A DNA stretch of 27,825 nt from Planctomycetota bacterium (GTDB taxonomy: Bacteria > Planctomycetota > MHYJ01 > WSZJ01), in contig JBBTCT010000004.1 in the NCBI GenBank assembly GCA_038060895.1, positions 1 to 27,825 of the forward strand, given 5' to 3'. Below the pieces are notes generated by a model. The model did no database searches. It saw nothing but the letters and a program-made list of their open reading frames with translations, and was not told the DNA's origin. Both the position numbers and the translations under genes were made by a program. Shown here piece after piece: positions 15,589 through 24,920 of the stretch; the first letter of the stretch is position 1, and each line of letters begins with the position of its first letter.

Positions 15589-18455
15589 TTGCCGGATCCT
15601 CCGGCCGTCGGCTTGACCACCACGACGATGGCATTCTTCGGGTCGTAGTACTTCGCGAAGGTCTCCTTCACCTGTTTCGCCGTCAGTGCCTGAAACGCAG
15701 CCGGCTCTCCCACGATGTCGTCGAGGCGTGTGCCTTGGTACGTCAGGGTGTCGAGGCGGCCGGACCAGGTGGCGGGCTCCTTCATCTGTTCGTCGAACGT
15801 GTTGGCCATCTGCTTTTTCGCGATGTCGAGTTCCTCGTCCGTGGGGCCGTTCTTCGCGAATTCGGCGTACATGGACGCGAGTTTTTCGACGAGCGCTCCG
15901 GTCTTGGTGGGCTCGGTCGGCGCGCTGGCGGAGAAAATGCCGAAGCCGGGCCAGGTCGTCGCGGCGCGTGACGACGCCCCGATGCTGTACACCAGCTGCG
16001 CCTTCTCGCGCACCTCGGTCGTCATGCGGGTAGAGAGGATTCGGGACGCCATGCTCAACGCGCGGACGTCGTCGCGGTTGGACTGGTCGGCGCCGTAGAA
16101 GCCGGACATCACGTACGCCTGCTTCGTGGGCGTGTCGAGCGTCTGCTCGGAAGTGCGCGGCCCCGCCGGCCGCTTCAGCGAACGGACCGGCAGGAGAGTT
16201 TCGGGGCTGACGCGCGGCCTGGGCGGGAGGGAACCGAGGTAGCGCGCGGCGAGTTCGAGCGCGCGATCCTTCGGGATGTCGCCGACGATCGCGATCTCGA
16301 TCGGGGACTCCTTGATGAGCTTCTCCAGCCAGGCCTGTGAAGCGGCGAGCGTCAGCGCGTCGATGTTCTCGCAGGTGACCGGTTTCGTGCGGGCTTCGTC
16401 GTCGGGGAAGGCCAGCGACGTGGCGATGCGCGCGCCGAGCCCGGACGGGGAGTTCATCGACTCCTGGATGAGGCCCTTCACCGTGGACTGGAACTGCGTG
16501 AAGGAGGCTTCCTCGATCCGCGGCTGCGTGAGCAGGAGGTAGGCTAGCTGAAAGCCGGTTTCGAAATCCTCGGGGCTTCCTGAAATGGTGAGCGAGACCG
16601 CGCCCGGCGAACCGCCACCTCCGCCGCCGCGCCCGCCCCGGCCCCGCCCCCCGCCGCCGCCGCCGCTTCCGCGCACTTCGACTTTCCTGCCGGTCATGAG
16701 CGCGCGGACGTCGGTCGAAGTGAGTCCCTTTGTGGCCGCGCGGGACCAGGCGAGCTGGGCGGCCTGCGTGATGCCGCGATTGCCGGCGGATTCGAGGAGG
16801 TCGCCGCCGATCAGCGTGATCGTGACGGTGGCTTCGTTCTTGCGGTAGTCCATGAAGCGGTAGTGCACGCGCGCGTTGTTGCTCAGCCAGGCCGACCAGA
16901 CTTTGCTGGCCGCGTGTTCTTCCAGTTCCTTGACCTCGCCCGGCTTGGGAAGTTCGGGCAGCAGTTTCGTCGCGAGCGCGATTTCGACATCCTGCGTGGG
17001 TTTGACGGCGAGGGCGGCGGTCCCGATTTCGAGGAGCTGGCTTTCGGTCGGGACGTCTGCGCTGGTGGGCAGCACTGCGACGAACGCCACGGCCGCGGGG
17101 TCGAACTCGGCTGCGAACCGCTTTGCGACTTCCTCCACGGTGATGGACGGCAGCATCTGCCCCAGCAGGTCGAGGCGCTGTGCGGGCGAAAGGATCGGCT
17201 GGCCGGACTCGATGGAGCCGTTCATGCGGCTGATGTGCGAACTCGCGGACACGGTCGATACGGTTTCTGCTTCGCGCTCCGCGTCGGAAAGGATCTGCTT
17301 CTTCACGGCCCCCAGCTCGCCTGCCGTAAATCCGAATGCGCGCGCCCGCTGCAGTTCGAGGGCCAGTTCCTGAAGCGCCGCCTTCCACTTGCCGGGCGCG
17401 GCGCGGCCGGACAGTTCGGTGCTGAACAGGGTGGAGGCGTCGTTGCCGCTGGAAATCCGGCCGATCAGGTAGCTGGTTCCGCCGCGCGAGATCTTCGCTT
17501 CGAGCCGCCGGTTGAGGGCGCTCTCGCCGACGCGGACGACCAGGGCATCGCGATAGAGAGCCAGCGTGGTTGCGGGAGGCCGCGCCGGTTCGAGGCGCAT
17601 GATGCGGATGTCCTCGGCGGTCAGTTCTGCGTCGCTGGCGACGACGGCGAAGCTCTTCTCGTACGCCTTCACCCCCGGCGACTGGTCGGCCGGCCGGTCC
17701 TTCTTCGGCGCGGCGCCGAACTTGTCCTTGATCGCCTTGACGACGATGGCCGGGTCGGCGTCCGCGACCACCATCACGGTCGCGTTGGAGGCCGTGTACC
17801 ACTTGCCGTAGTAGTCGCGGAAGTCCTGCTGCGTGAATCCGTTGATCGTGGCCTCGGTGCCGATGGTGTCGCGCTCGCCGAAGAGCGACCCGGGAGCAAT
17901 GTGCTGCATGACGTAGTCGCTGGTGCGCTGGCGCGCGGACAGGCTGCGCCGGCGCTCTTCCTGGATGATCTGCCGCTCCGCGTCGATTTCTTCCTTCGTC
18001 AGCAGGAGTCGGAACAGGACGTCCGCGAAAAACAGCAGGCCCTTGTCGAGCGTCTCCGGCTTCGCATCCGGCAGGGAGAGCTGGTACGCGGTCTGTTCCA
18101 TGTTCGTGAAGGCGTTCTGGTCGCGGCCGAACGTCATGCCCAGCGATTGGAAGAACGGCACGACGGAGCCGGGCTTGAAGTTTTCCGACCCGTTGAACGC
18201 CATGTGCTCGAGGTAGTGGGCAATGCCGCGCTGGCGGTCGGTTTCGTTCAGCGAGCCGCTGCTGATGTGAATCCAGACGACCGCGCGCCCGGGCGGGACC
18301 GCGTGCTTGCGCACGATGTAACGCAGGCCGTTGTCGAGCTGGCCTGTGACGAGCGCGGGGTCGGTCGGGAGCGGCTGGTCTTCGGCCTGTGCCAGATTGA
18401 CCGTGGAAAGGACTGCGACGGTCAGGGCGGAAGCGAGGAAGATTTGAGAGCGCAA
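15585..18455 (-). CDS. M16 family zinc peptidase (PqqL-like), secreted
   Basis: GQLDNGLRYIV, GIAHYLEHMAFNGS (HxxEH), NAFT; TTG start after AGGAG; signal peptide. Confidence 0.92.
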   Translation of the reverse strand: MRSQIFLASALTVAVLSTVNLAQAEDQPLPTDPALVTGQLDNGLRYIVRKHAVPPGRAVVWIHISSGSLNETDRQRGIAHYLEHMAFNGSENFKPGSVVPFFQSLGMTFGRDQNAFTNMEQTAYQLSLPDAKPETLDKGLLFFADVLFRLLLTKEEIDAERQIIQEERRRSLSARQRTSDYVMQHIAPGSLFGERDTIGTEATINGFTQQDFRDYYGKWYTASNATVMVVADADPAIVVKAIKDKFGAAPKKDRPADQSPGVKAYEKSFAVVASDAELTAEDIRIMRLEPARPPATTLALYRDALVVRVGESALNRRLEAKISRGGTSYLIGRISSGNDASTLFSTELSGRAAPGKWKAALQELALELQRARAFGFTAGELGAVKKQILSDAEREAETVSTVSASSHISRMNGSIESGQPILSPAQRLDLLGQMLPSITVEEVAKRFAAEFDPAAVAFVAVLPTSADVPTESQLLEIGTAALAVKPTQDVEIALATKLLPELPKPGEVKELEEHAASKVWSAWLSNNARVHYRFMDYRKNEATVTITLIGGDLLESAGNRGITQAAQLAWSRAATKGLTSTDVRALMTGRKVEVRGSGGGGGGRGRGGRGGGGGGSPGAVSLTISGSPEDFETGFQLAYLLLTQPRIEEASFTQFQSTVKGLIQESMNSPSGLGARIATSLAFPDDEARTKPVTCENIDALTLAASQAWLEKLIKESPIEIAIVGDIPKDRALELAARYLGSLPPRPRVSPETLLPVRSLKRPAGPRTSEQTLDTPTKQAYVMSGFYGADQSNRDDVRALSMASRILSTRMTTEVREKAQLVYSIGASSRAATTWPGFGIFSASAPTEPTKTGALVEKLASMYAEFAKNGPTDEELDIAKKQMANTFDEQMKEPATWSGRLDTLTYQGTRLDDIVGEPAAFQALTAKQVKETFAKYYDPKNAIVVVVKPTAGGSGK

Positions 18456-18532
18456 GGATGTCTCCTGGACTGTGTGGGCATGGAAGGGAACAGCCGAGTC
18501 TTGGAGTCTACCGCCTGCCACGCAGCGGGTGA

Positions 18533-18696
18533 ATCTGCGCGTATCAGCGAGGATCGCGTTTTATCTGCGCGACGCATTTCCTTGAGCTCAATCCCGGGGT
18601 TTGCGCCGACGGGTACGCCTTCGGTCATATAGCGCGCTTCAACTCGACAACGACGTTCGCGCAGATAAAACGCGATCTTCGCTGATCCGCGCAGAT
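18533..18696. repeat. 164 bp element with 40 bp inverted arms containing ATCTGCGCG/CGCGCAGAT units
   Basis: Arms 18533-18572 and 18657-18696 differ at 2 positions. Confidence 0.85.
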
Positions 18697-18716
18697 AAGG
18701 CCCAAAGGAGAGACTT

Positions 18717-20474
18717 CTATTCCTGAAGGGCGCTCCACCTCTCAAACGCCGCCGCAATCTCGCGATCAACATCGGCCACTCTCGCCTGCACCTGATCCCT
18801 CGGCTCCTTCGGTCCCGTCCAAAAGTCCGGTTTCTCCATGGCTTCATGCAGCGCCTTCTTCTCCTTCTCGAGCGCGTCGATCTTCTTCTCGAGCCGTTCG
18901 ACTTCGCGGCGATCACGGATCGTCGCCCGATGATCGGAGGCGGGTTTGGGCGCCGGCGCAGCCGGCCGCACGCGGGCGGCCTCCTCGGAACGGATCCTGT
19001 CCCACTCACTCCACCCCCCGACGACTTCGCGGACGCCGCCGTGCCCGTCGAAGACGACGAGGCCGGTGACGACCTGGTCGAGGAAGTCGCGGTCGTGGCT
19101 GACGACGAGGACGGTGCCGCTGTAGGCCTGGAGCGCGTTCTCGAGGACATCCATCGTCTCGGCGTCGAGGTCGTTCGTCGGTTCGTCGAGCACCATGAGA
19201 TTGCTGGGCCTCGCGAACAGCCGGGCGAGGAGCAGCCGCGCGCGTTCGCCTCCGGAAAGGACGCTCACGGGTTTGCGCGCGTCGTCCGAATCGAACAGGA
19301 AGTCGGCGAGGTAGGATTTCACGTGGCGCGTCCGGCCGTCGAGTTCCACGAAGGTTGTCCCGACGGTGATGCTCTCCTCGAGGGTCGCGTCGGGATCCAG
19401 GGACGCATTCAGCGGGTCGAACCAGATCGGCTCCAGGTTGCCCCCGCGCCGCACCGTTCCCGCGAGCGCCGGCAGGTCGCCGAGCAGCGTGCGGACGAGC
19501 GTCGTTTTGCCGCTTCCGTTGGGCCCGACGAAGCCGAGCCGGTCGCCGCGCGTCACGACGAGGTCGAGATTGCGGACGACCGGCGTCTTCCCGTGTCCCG
19601 CGGTAAGCCCCTTCGCCTCGAATACCAGATGCCCCGAGCGTTCCGCTTCGGCCACGCCGAGCCGGACGGAGCCCGTCTTGTCGCGGCGGTCGCGCCGCTC
19701 CTGCCGCAGGCGCTCGAGATCCGCGACCCGCGAGTAATTCCGGTTGCGCTGGGCCTTCACGTTCTTGAGCGCCCAGACCTCTTCCTTCGCGAGCTTCCTG
19801 TCGGCCCGAGCGTGACGCTGGGCTTCGTCCACGGCCCTCTCTTCCTGGCGCCGAAGGTAGTTCGCGTAGTCGCCGGGCCACGAAGTGAGCTGCCCGCGGT
19901 CGATTTCGAGGATGCGGGTCGCGAGGCGGCGAAGGAAGGCGCGGTCGTGCGTCACGAAGAGCGTCGCCGCCCGGCGTTCGAGCAGGTGGGCTTCGAGCCA
20001 TTCGATGCTCTCGACGTCGAGGTGGTTCGTGGGTTCGTCGAGGAGCAGCAGGTCGGGCGAGGCCGCAAGCGCGCGCGCGAGGAGCACGCGGCGCGACAGT
20101 CCCGCTGAGAGCGCGGCCACATCGGCGCCCGGATCGAGCCGCAGCCCGTCTAACAGGCGCGCGAGCCGCTCCTTCGTGCGCCACTCATCTTCGCCCCGCG
20201 GTACCGCCGCCGCGACCGTGTCGAACACCGTGCCCTGCATCCCGCGCGGAACTTCCTGCGGGAGACGCGCCACCGTGAGCCCCTGCCGCCGCATGACGTC
20301 GCCGGACTCGGGCTCGAGTTCTCCCGCGAGCACCGCCATCAATGTCGATTTGCCCGAGGCGTTGCGGCCAAGCATTCCCAGCCGCTCGCCCTCGTCGATC
20401 TGAAGCGACACCCCGTCGAGGATGCGGGGGCCTCCATGGGTCAGGGACACTTCGGAGAGGGAAAGGAGGGCCAT
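18717..20474 (-). CDS. uup: ABC-F ATPase, Uup-like
   Basis: Two ABC domains (GRNASGKST/LLLDEPTNHLD and GPNGSGKTT/LSGGE/LDEPTNDLD), no TM segments, C-terminal coiled coil ending ERWSAL. Confidence 0.88.
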   Translation of the reverse strand: MALLSLSEVSLTHGGPRILDGVSLQIDEGERLGMLGRNASGKSTLMAVLAGELEPESGDVMRRQGLTVARLPQEVPRGMQGTVFDTVAAAVPRGEDEWRTKERLARLLDGLRLDPGADVAALSAGLSRRVLLARALAASPDLLLLDEPTNHLDVESIEWLEAHLLERRAATLFVTHDRAFLRRLATRILEIDRGQLTSWPGDYANYLRRQEERAVDEAQRHARADRKLAKEEVWALKNVKAQRNRNYSRVADLERLRQERRDRRDKTGSVRLGVAEAERSGHLVFEAKGLTAGHGKTPVVRNLDLVVTRGDRLGFVGPNGSGKTTLVRTLLGDLPALAGTVRRGGNLEPIWFDPLNASLDPDATLEESITVGTTFVELDGRTRHVKSYLADFLFDSDDARKPVSVLSGGERARLLLARLFARPSNLMVLDEPTNDLDAETMDVLENALQAYSGTVLVVSHDRDFLDQVVTGLVVFDGHGGVREVVGGWSEWDRIRSEEAARVRPAAPAPKPASDHRATIRDRREVERLEKKIDALEKEKKALHEAMEKPDFWTGPKEPRDQVQARVADVDREIAAAFERWSALQE

Positions 20475-20493
20475 GCGGGGGGCCTACTCTACC

Positions 20494-20907
20494 TCAGGGT
20501 TTGAGCACCTTCTGCGTCTCCTCGTTGTTCCGCAGCTTCAGGGACGTCTCCTTGCCGTCGGCCTGCAGGATCGTGTGCGTCGTGTCGGAGTCGCCGAGGA
20601 GCATGAGGCCCGAGCCGTCGACGGAGGTCGTCAGCTTCACGCGCGGTTTTCCGTCGGGGGTGATCAGCCGGAAAATCACCGTCTCGGGATAGCCCGTCGT
20701 GCCATCGGGCATCTTGTACGTCGCGTTCGCCGGCTCGACTTTCATCTGGACCCGAAGCCGCCCCTGGTCATCCACGATCTCGAGCCCGCGCCCGCGGAGC
20801 ATCGGCGCGTCGTCCTCCGCGTGGGCTTTCTGGCTCGGCGCCGCCTGGTACGCGAGACACCCGAGGTTGAAGACGGTGAGCGCCCAGAGAACGCGGTTCG
20901 ATTTCAT
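20494..20907 (-). CDS. Exported hypothetical protein
   Basis: GAGGAGG RBS; N-terminal hydrophobic segment; LRGRGLEIVDDQGRLR beta-rich body. Confidence 0.75.
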   Translation of the reverse strand: MKSNRVLWALTVFNLGCLAYQAAPSQKAHAEDDAPMLRGRGLEIVDDQGRLRVQMKVEPANATYKMPDGTTGYPETVIFRLITPDGKPRVKLTTSVDGSGLMLLGDSDTTHTILQADGKETSLKLRNNEETQKVLKP

Positions 20908-21061
20908 GATTTCCTCCTCGATAGCGGGTTGTGCAGGAGACGGGCTGGCAGGGCTGCGCGTTAACGGAAATCCGCTTTCGCTGAAACCTGATCCCGTTCA
21001 CCAACTTCTCATTTCCGCTTCACTTCAGCATCATCCGCGCAAGCGCAGAATTCCTTCCACG

Positions 21062-22348
21062 ATGCGCGCAAGATTCCTGACCTATCGGTCGCTGGTCGCG
21101 TTCACCTGCCAGACCCCGGTGTTCGCCCTGTTTTATTTGTCCCGCGGCTTGGACTACGGCGACCTCCTGCTCCTGACGCTGGCCTTCGCCGCGTCCAAAA
21201 TGGTGTGCGACGTTCCCTCGGGCCTCTTCGCCGACCGATTCGGCCGCAAGCCCGCGATTCTCGTGCGCGTCGGGCTCGAAGCGCTGTCCGTCGCCCTCCT
21301 CTTCTCGGACAGTTTCCTGGCGTCGGCGATGCTGGGCGGCGCGGCCGTCGCGTTCAGCGCCGGCGCGGAACAGGCGCTCGTGTATGAATGGGAAGGCCCC
21401 GCGGCGTTCGGCCGCGTCTTCGGGCGCGTTTCCTTCTGGAGCTGCGTCTCGACCGCGATCGCTTCCGTCGCGGGAGGTGCCCTCGCTTTCGCCGGCTTCG
21501 GCTGGGTCTACACCCTCCGTCTCGCCGTCCTGGCGGCGGCCGGCGGCGTCGCGCTGACGTTCGTTGAGCCGCCGCGCCCCGTGCTGAAGCGGGCTGCCTC
21601 TCCGGTTCCGCGCCCCTCCGCCGGCCTTGCCCGGACCCTGGCCTTCGCCGGAATCCTCGGCGCCGTCCACGTGGCCGCGCTTCAGCTGCAGCAACCGTTT
21701 TTCAGGTCGGCCGGCATCCCCCTGGTTGCGTTCGGCGCGCTCTACGTCCTCCTCCAGCTCGCCACCGCGGCCGGCGCCCGCTTCTCGCACCGGCTTCCGG
21801 GTCCGCTCGGCTTCGTCGCCGCCGCGAGCGCCGTGGGATTCGCCCTCATGGGCGGCTCCGCCCCGTGGATCGGCGTCGCCGCCGTCTTCCTGCTGAAGTT
21901 CGCCCACGGCGTGTCGCTTCCCGCCTTCGGCTCCGCGCTCAATGCCCACGCGCCGCCCTCCGCCCGCGCCACGGCCATTTCCTTCCGCTCGATGTTCGAG
22001 GGCTGCGCCCTCCTCGCGGTCGTCCCCCTCATGGGTTGGACAGCCGACACCCTGTCGCTCAACGCCGCTTTCATCCTCGCCGCGCTTCTCGTCCTCCCCT
22101 CGTTCCTGCTCCTGGAGTCTGCACCTATGAGAAAAGCCCTTCGCATTCCGTTCGCCTGCCTCGTTCTCGCGCTCGCGGGGTGTTCGAACATCCCCTACTA
22201 CGAGAAGAAGGACCTGGACCGCCGGATCATGCAGTTCGACCCCAACGAGCTCGAGATCTCGTACCAGAACAAGGTCAACTTCTCCCGCGAAGTCAGCGGC
22301 GGAAGGCCCGGTCACTCCGCGGGAGGCGGCTGCGGATGCGGAAACTGA
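21062..22348 (+). CDS. MFS transporter continuing in frame into a DUF4266 domain
   Basis: MFS motif A (PSGLFADRFGRK), about 12 hydrophobic segments, ARATAISFRSM; no stop before 22348. Confidence 0.75.
   Translation: MRARFLTYRSLVAFTCQTPVFALFYLSRGLDYGDLLLLTLAFAASKMVCDVPSGLFADRFGRKPAILVRVGLEALSVALLFSDSFLASAMLGGAAVAFSAGAEQALVYEWEGPAAFGRVFGRVSFWSCVSTAIASVAGGALAFAGFGWVYTLRLAVLAAAGGVALTFVEPPRPVLKRAASPVPRPSAGLARTLAFAGILGAVHVAALQLQQPFFRSAGIPLVAFGALYVLLQLATAAGARFSHRLPGPLGFVAAASAVGFALMGGSAPWIGVAAVFLLKFAHGVSLPAFGSALNAHAPPSARATAISFRSMFEGCALLAVVPLMGWTADTLSLNAAFILAALLVLPSFLLLESAPMRKALRIPFACLVLALAGCSNIPYYEKKDLDRRIMQFDPNELEISYQNKVNFSREVSGGRPGHSAGGGCGCGN
22127..22348 (+). CDS. DUF4266-family small lipoprotein (internal in-frame start)
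   Basis: GGAG then ATG 22127; MRKALRIPFACLVLALAGC lipobox; PYYEK..L...MQFD; SRE..SGG; C-terminal GGGCGCGN. Confidence 0.8.
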   Translation: MRKALRIPFACLVLALAGCSNIPYYEKKDLDRRIMQFDPNELEISYQNKVNFSREVSGGRPGHSAGGGCGCGN

Positions 22349-23478
22349 TCCTCGCTCTCATCCTTCTCCCCGCCCTCGCACGGGCCCAGGAGAAGCCGGC
22401 TGAAGCGGAGGCCCCGGCCAAAAGAATCGAAGCCGAAACGTCGCGAAGCTATCTCCGCTTCGCATTCAATTTCTACAAGCAGAAAGACGGCGAGGGGAAT
22501 CCCAATCTCAAGGAGGACATGACGGTGCTCGAACCCCAGATCCTCCTCGGCCTCGGACTGGGCGAAAAACTGTCTCTGAACCTGAAACTGCAGGCGGACA
22601 TCATCACGGCCGCCTCCGTGGACAAGAAGTACCGCTTCCTCCCGGGGACGCAGTCCGGCGCGTCGGGGGACAAGTTCTTCGGCGCGGAGGGCGGGTTGTT
22701 CTACGCGTGGAGCGACCAGGTCAAGACGGGAATCGGTGTCTCGACCTCCACCGAATATGACTACAAGTCCCGAGGCATCAACGCCCGCTTCATTTATGAC
22801 ACACCCGACAAAAACGACACCTTCCTGATCAAGGCGTCCGCATTCTTCGACACGCTGGACATCATCAAGTTCGACGGAAGCGAAGACGGGACCGAGTCGC
22901 GGAATTCGTACAGCCTGGGGCTCGGGTGGACGCACGTCCTCGGGCGACGAACGCAGATGACGCTCAATTACGACCTGACGATCCAGCGCGGGTTCCTCGC
23001 GACCCCCTACAACTCCGTCTTCATCCGGGGCAAGGAGTACGAAGAAGTGCTTCCAAGCTCACGAATGAGACACAATCTTTTCGGGAGAGTCCGGCACTTG
23101 CTTCTTGACGACCTCGCCGTCGAACCGGGGATCGGTGTCTACGCCGACGACTGGGGCGCGCTGGCCTTCAACCTCGAGGTGCGCGCGTTCTGGGAGGCCA
23201 TTCCCGGCGTCCTGATCGTCCAGCCGTGGTACCGCTTCCATGGCCAGACCGAGGTGGACCAATTCGTGGACACGTCTGCGTCCAGCCTCCCGAAACACCG
23301 GACCCAGGACAGCGATCTCGATGCGTTCGACAGCCACACGTTCGGCCTCAAGCTCGTGACTCCGCACGTCAAGATCTTCGGCATCGACACGGAGTTCGAG
23401 CTCGGAGCGGACTACTCGATCCGAAGCGATTTCCTGGATTCCTACAGCGTCACGTTCGGCGTCATGGTGAGGTTCTGA
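22336..23478 (+). CDS. DUF3570-family outer-membrane beta-barrel-like protein
   Basis: Signal peptide; DIITAAS, SGAS, STEYDY, GFLATPY, E.LP.SR.R, YADDWG, DSDL; C-terminal Phe; position between DUF4266 and TlpA/ApbE. Confidence 0.8.
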   Translation: MRKLILALILLPALARAQEKPAEAEAPAKRIEAETSRSYLRFAFNFYKQKDGEGNPNLKEDMTVLEPQILLGLGLGEKLSLNLKLQADIITAASVDKKYRFLPGTQSGASGDKFFGAEGGLFYAWSDQVKTGIGVSTSTEYDYKSRGINARFIYDTPDKNDTFLIKASAFFDTLDIIKFDGSEDGTESRNSYSLGLGWTHVLGRRTQMTLNYDLTIQRGFLATPYNSVFIRGKEYEEVLPSSRMRHNLFGRVRHLLLDDLAVEPGIGVYADDWGALAFNLEVRAFWEAIPGVLIVQPWYRFHGQTEVDQFVDTSASSLPKHRTQDSDLDAFDSHTFGLKLVTPHVKIFGIDTEFELGADYSIRSDFLDSYSVTFGVMVRF

Positions 23479-23897
23479 TGAAAAAACTCCTGCTGCTGGC
23501 CGCCATCGCGGGGTGCGCTTCACAGCCGCCCGCCACTCCGGCCCCGGCCTTCGAACTTTCGGGGCTGGACGGCGCTTCCGTGAAAAGTTCCGACCTGTGG
23601 GCCGACAAGCCCGTGCTGCTCGTTTTCATGACTTCGTGGTGTCCGGCGTGCCGGAAGGAAGTCCCGCGGCTGAACGAGATCGCCCGGACGCATGCGGTGA
23701 TCGCGATCGCGACGGGGGACACGAAGGAGGCGATGGAACGCTGCCGCGCGCAGACCGGAATGACCTATCCTGTGCTGCTGGACGAGGGCGCGGTGAGCCG
23801 GGCATTCGGCATCCAGGCGAGCCCGACCTGCATCCTGGTGGACAAGGGCGGCGCCATCGTCTATCGCGGATCGAAACCCCCGGAGAAACTCAAATGA
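23478..23897 (+). CDS. TlpA/ResA-like thiol-disulfide redoxin lipoprotein
   Basis: IAGC lipobox; KPVLLVFMTSWCPACRKEVP; YPVLLD; ASPTCILVDKGG. Confidence 0.9.
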   Translation: MKKLLLLAAIAGCASQPPATPAPAFELSGLDGASVKSSDLWADKPVLLVFMTSWCPACRKEVPRLNEIARTHAVIAIATGDTKEAMERCRAQTGMTYPVLLDEGAVSRAFGIQASPTCILVDKGGAIVYRGSKPPEKLK

Positions 23898-24916
23898 AGA
23901 AGTGGGCGCTTCTGGTCGCGGTCCTCGCGGGCTGCGACCGGGCCCCTCACCCCGCGCCGGCTCCCGCCCCGCCCTCGAAGGGGCCGGCGAGCGCGGTGTG
24001 GAAGGGGACGCTGATGGGGAGCAGCGCCGGGATCGAGGTGTACGGCCCGGACCAGGCGGCCTGCGACGCGGCGGTCGCGGACGCCCGGGCAGAGATCGAA
24101 CGCCTCGACGTGATGATGACGGACTGGAAGCCGGACAGCCCGCTGATGGACATCAACAAGGCTGCGGGGTTGAAGCCGGTGAAAGTGCCGCCGGAGCTCC
24201 TGTTCCTGGTGCAGAAATCGCTCGAGCTGAGCGAGCTGACCGAAGGAGCGTTCGACATCTCGTTCGCGGGGGCGGGGAAGCTCTGGAACTGGCGTGCACC
24301 CGACCCGAAAATCCCGACGCCCGAAGAGGTGCGCGCTTCGCTGGTCAACGTCGGGTGGAAGGGAATCGTCGTGGACGAGAAGGAATCCACTGTCTTCCTG
24401 ACGAAACCCGGAATGCGAATCGGGCTGGGCGCCATCGCGCCGGGATATGCGGGGGACCGCGCGATGGAAAAAATCCGCGCGCACGGAATCAAGGACGCCA
24501 TGGTCGACATGAGCGGCGACCTGATGCTCATCGGGCAGAAAAGTGGTGAGCCCTGGAAGGTCTACATCAACCACCCGCGCGTGAAAGACGAGTTCGTCGC
24601 GGTCATCCCCGTCAGCAACGCGGCGATCGGGACGTCGGGCGACTACGAGCGGTTCTTCATCAAGGACGGCAAACGCTACAGCCACATCATCGACCCCCGC
24701 ACCGGCTATCCCGCCGACGGTTGCCAGAGCGTGACCGTCGTCGCGCCCGTCCTCGCGTTCGCCGACGCGCTCGCCGTCGGGCTGTTCGTGCTCGGGCCGG
24801 AAAAGGGGATTGCGCTCGCCGAGAAGATGGAGGGAGTTGAAGCGATGATCGTCGGCGCCGACGGGAAACTCCACGTCACGACCGGCCTGAAAGGCGTCGG
24901 TCCCCCGGCGAAATAG
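23894..24916 (+). CDS. apbE: FAD:protein FMN transferase
   Basis: LAGC lipobox; LMGS, TEGAFDIS, AIGTSGDYERFF, RYSHIIDPRTGYP, ADAL. Confidence 0.92.
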   Translation: MKKWALLVAVLAGCDRAPHPAPAPAPPSKGPASAVWKGTLMGSSAGIEVYGPDQAACDAAVADARAEIERLDVMMTDWKPDSPLMDINKAAGLKPVKVPPELLFLVQKSLELSELTEGAFDISFAGAGKLWNWRAPDPKIPTPEEVRASLVNVGWKGIVVDEKESTVFLTKPGMRIGLGAIAPGYAGDRAMEKIRAHGIKDAMVDMSGDLMLIGQKSGEPWKVYINHPRVKDEFVAVIPVSNAAIGTSGDYERFFIKDGKRYSHIIDPRTGYPADGCQSVTVVAPVLAFADALAVGLFVLGPEKGIALAEKMEGVEAMIVGADGKLHVTTGLKGVGPPAK

Positions 24917-24920
24917 GAGG

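Noticed and set aside
15343-17802. 819 aa minus-strand ORF
   Set aside because: Arg/Gly/Pro-rich alternate frame of the M16 gene; only the last 81 aa (VF530) look real.
20699-21061. N-terminal extension of the MFS ORF
   Set aside because: Antisense to gene 20494-20907 and not MFS-like; start placed at 21062.
22346-22348. Sec read-through at the DUF4266 TGA and at other TGA stops
   Set aside because: These fall at natural family C-termini or overlap the next gene, and none sits at a catalytic Cys position.
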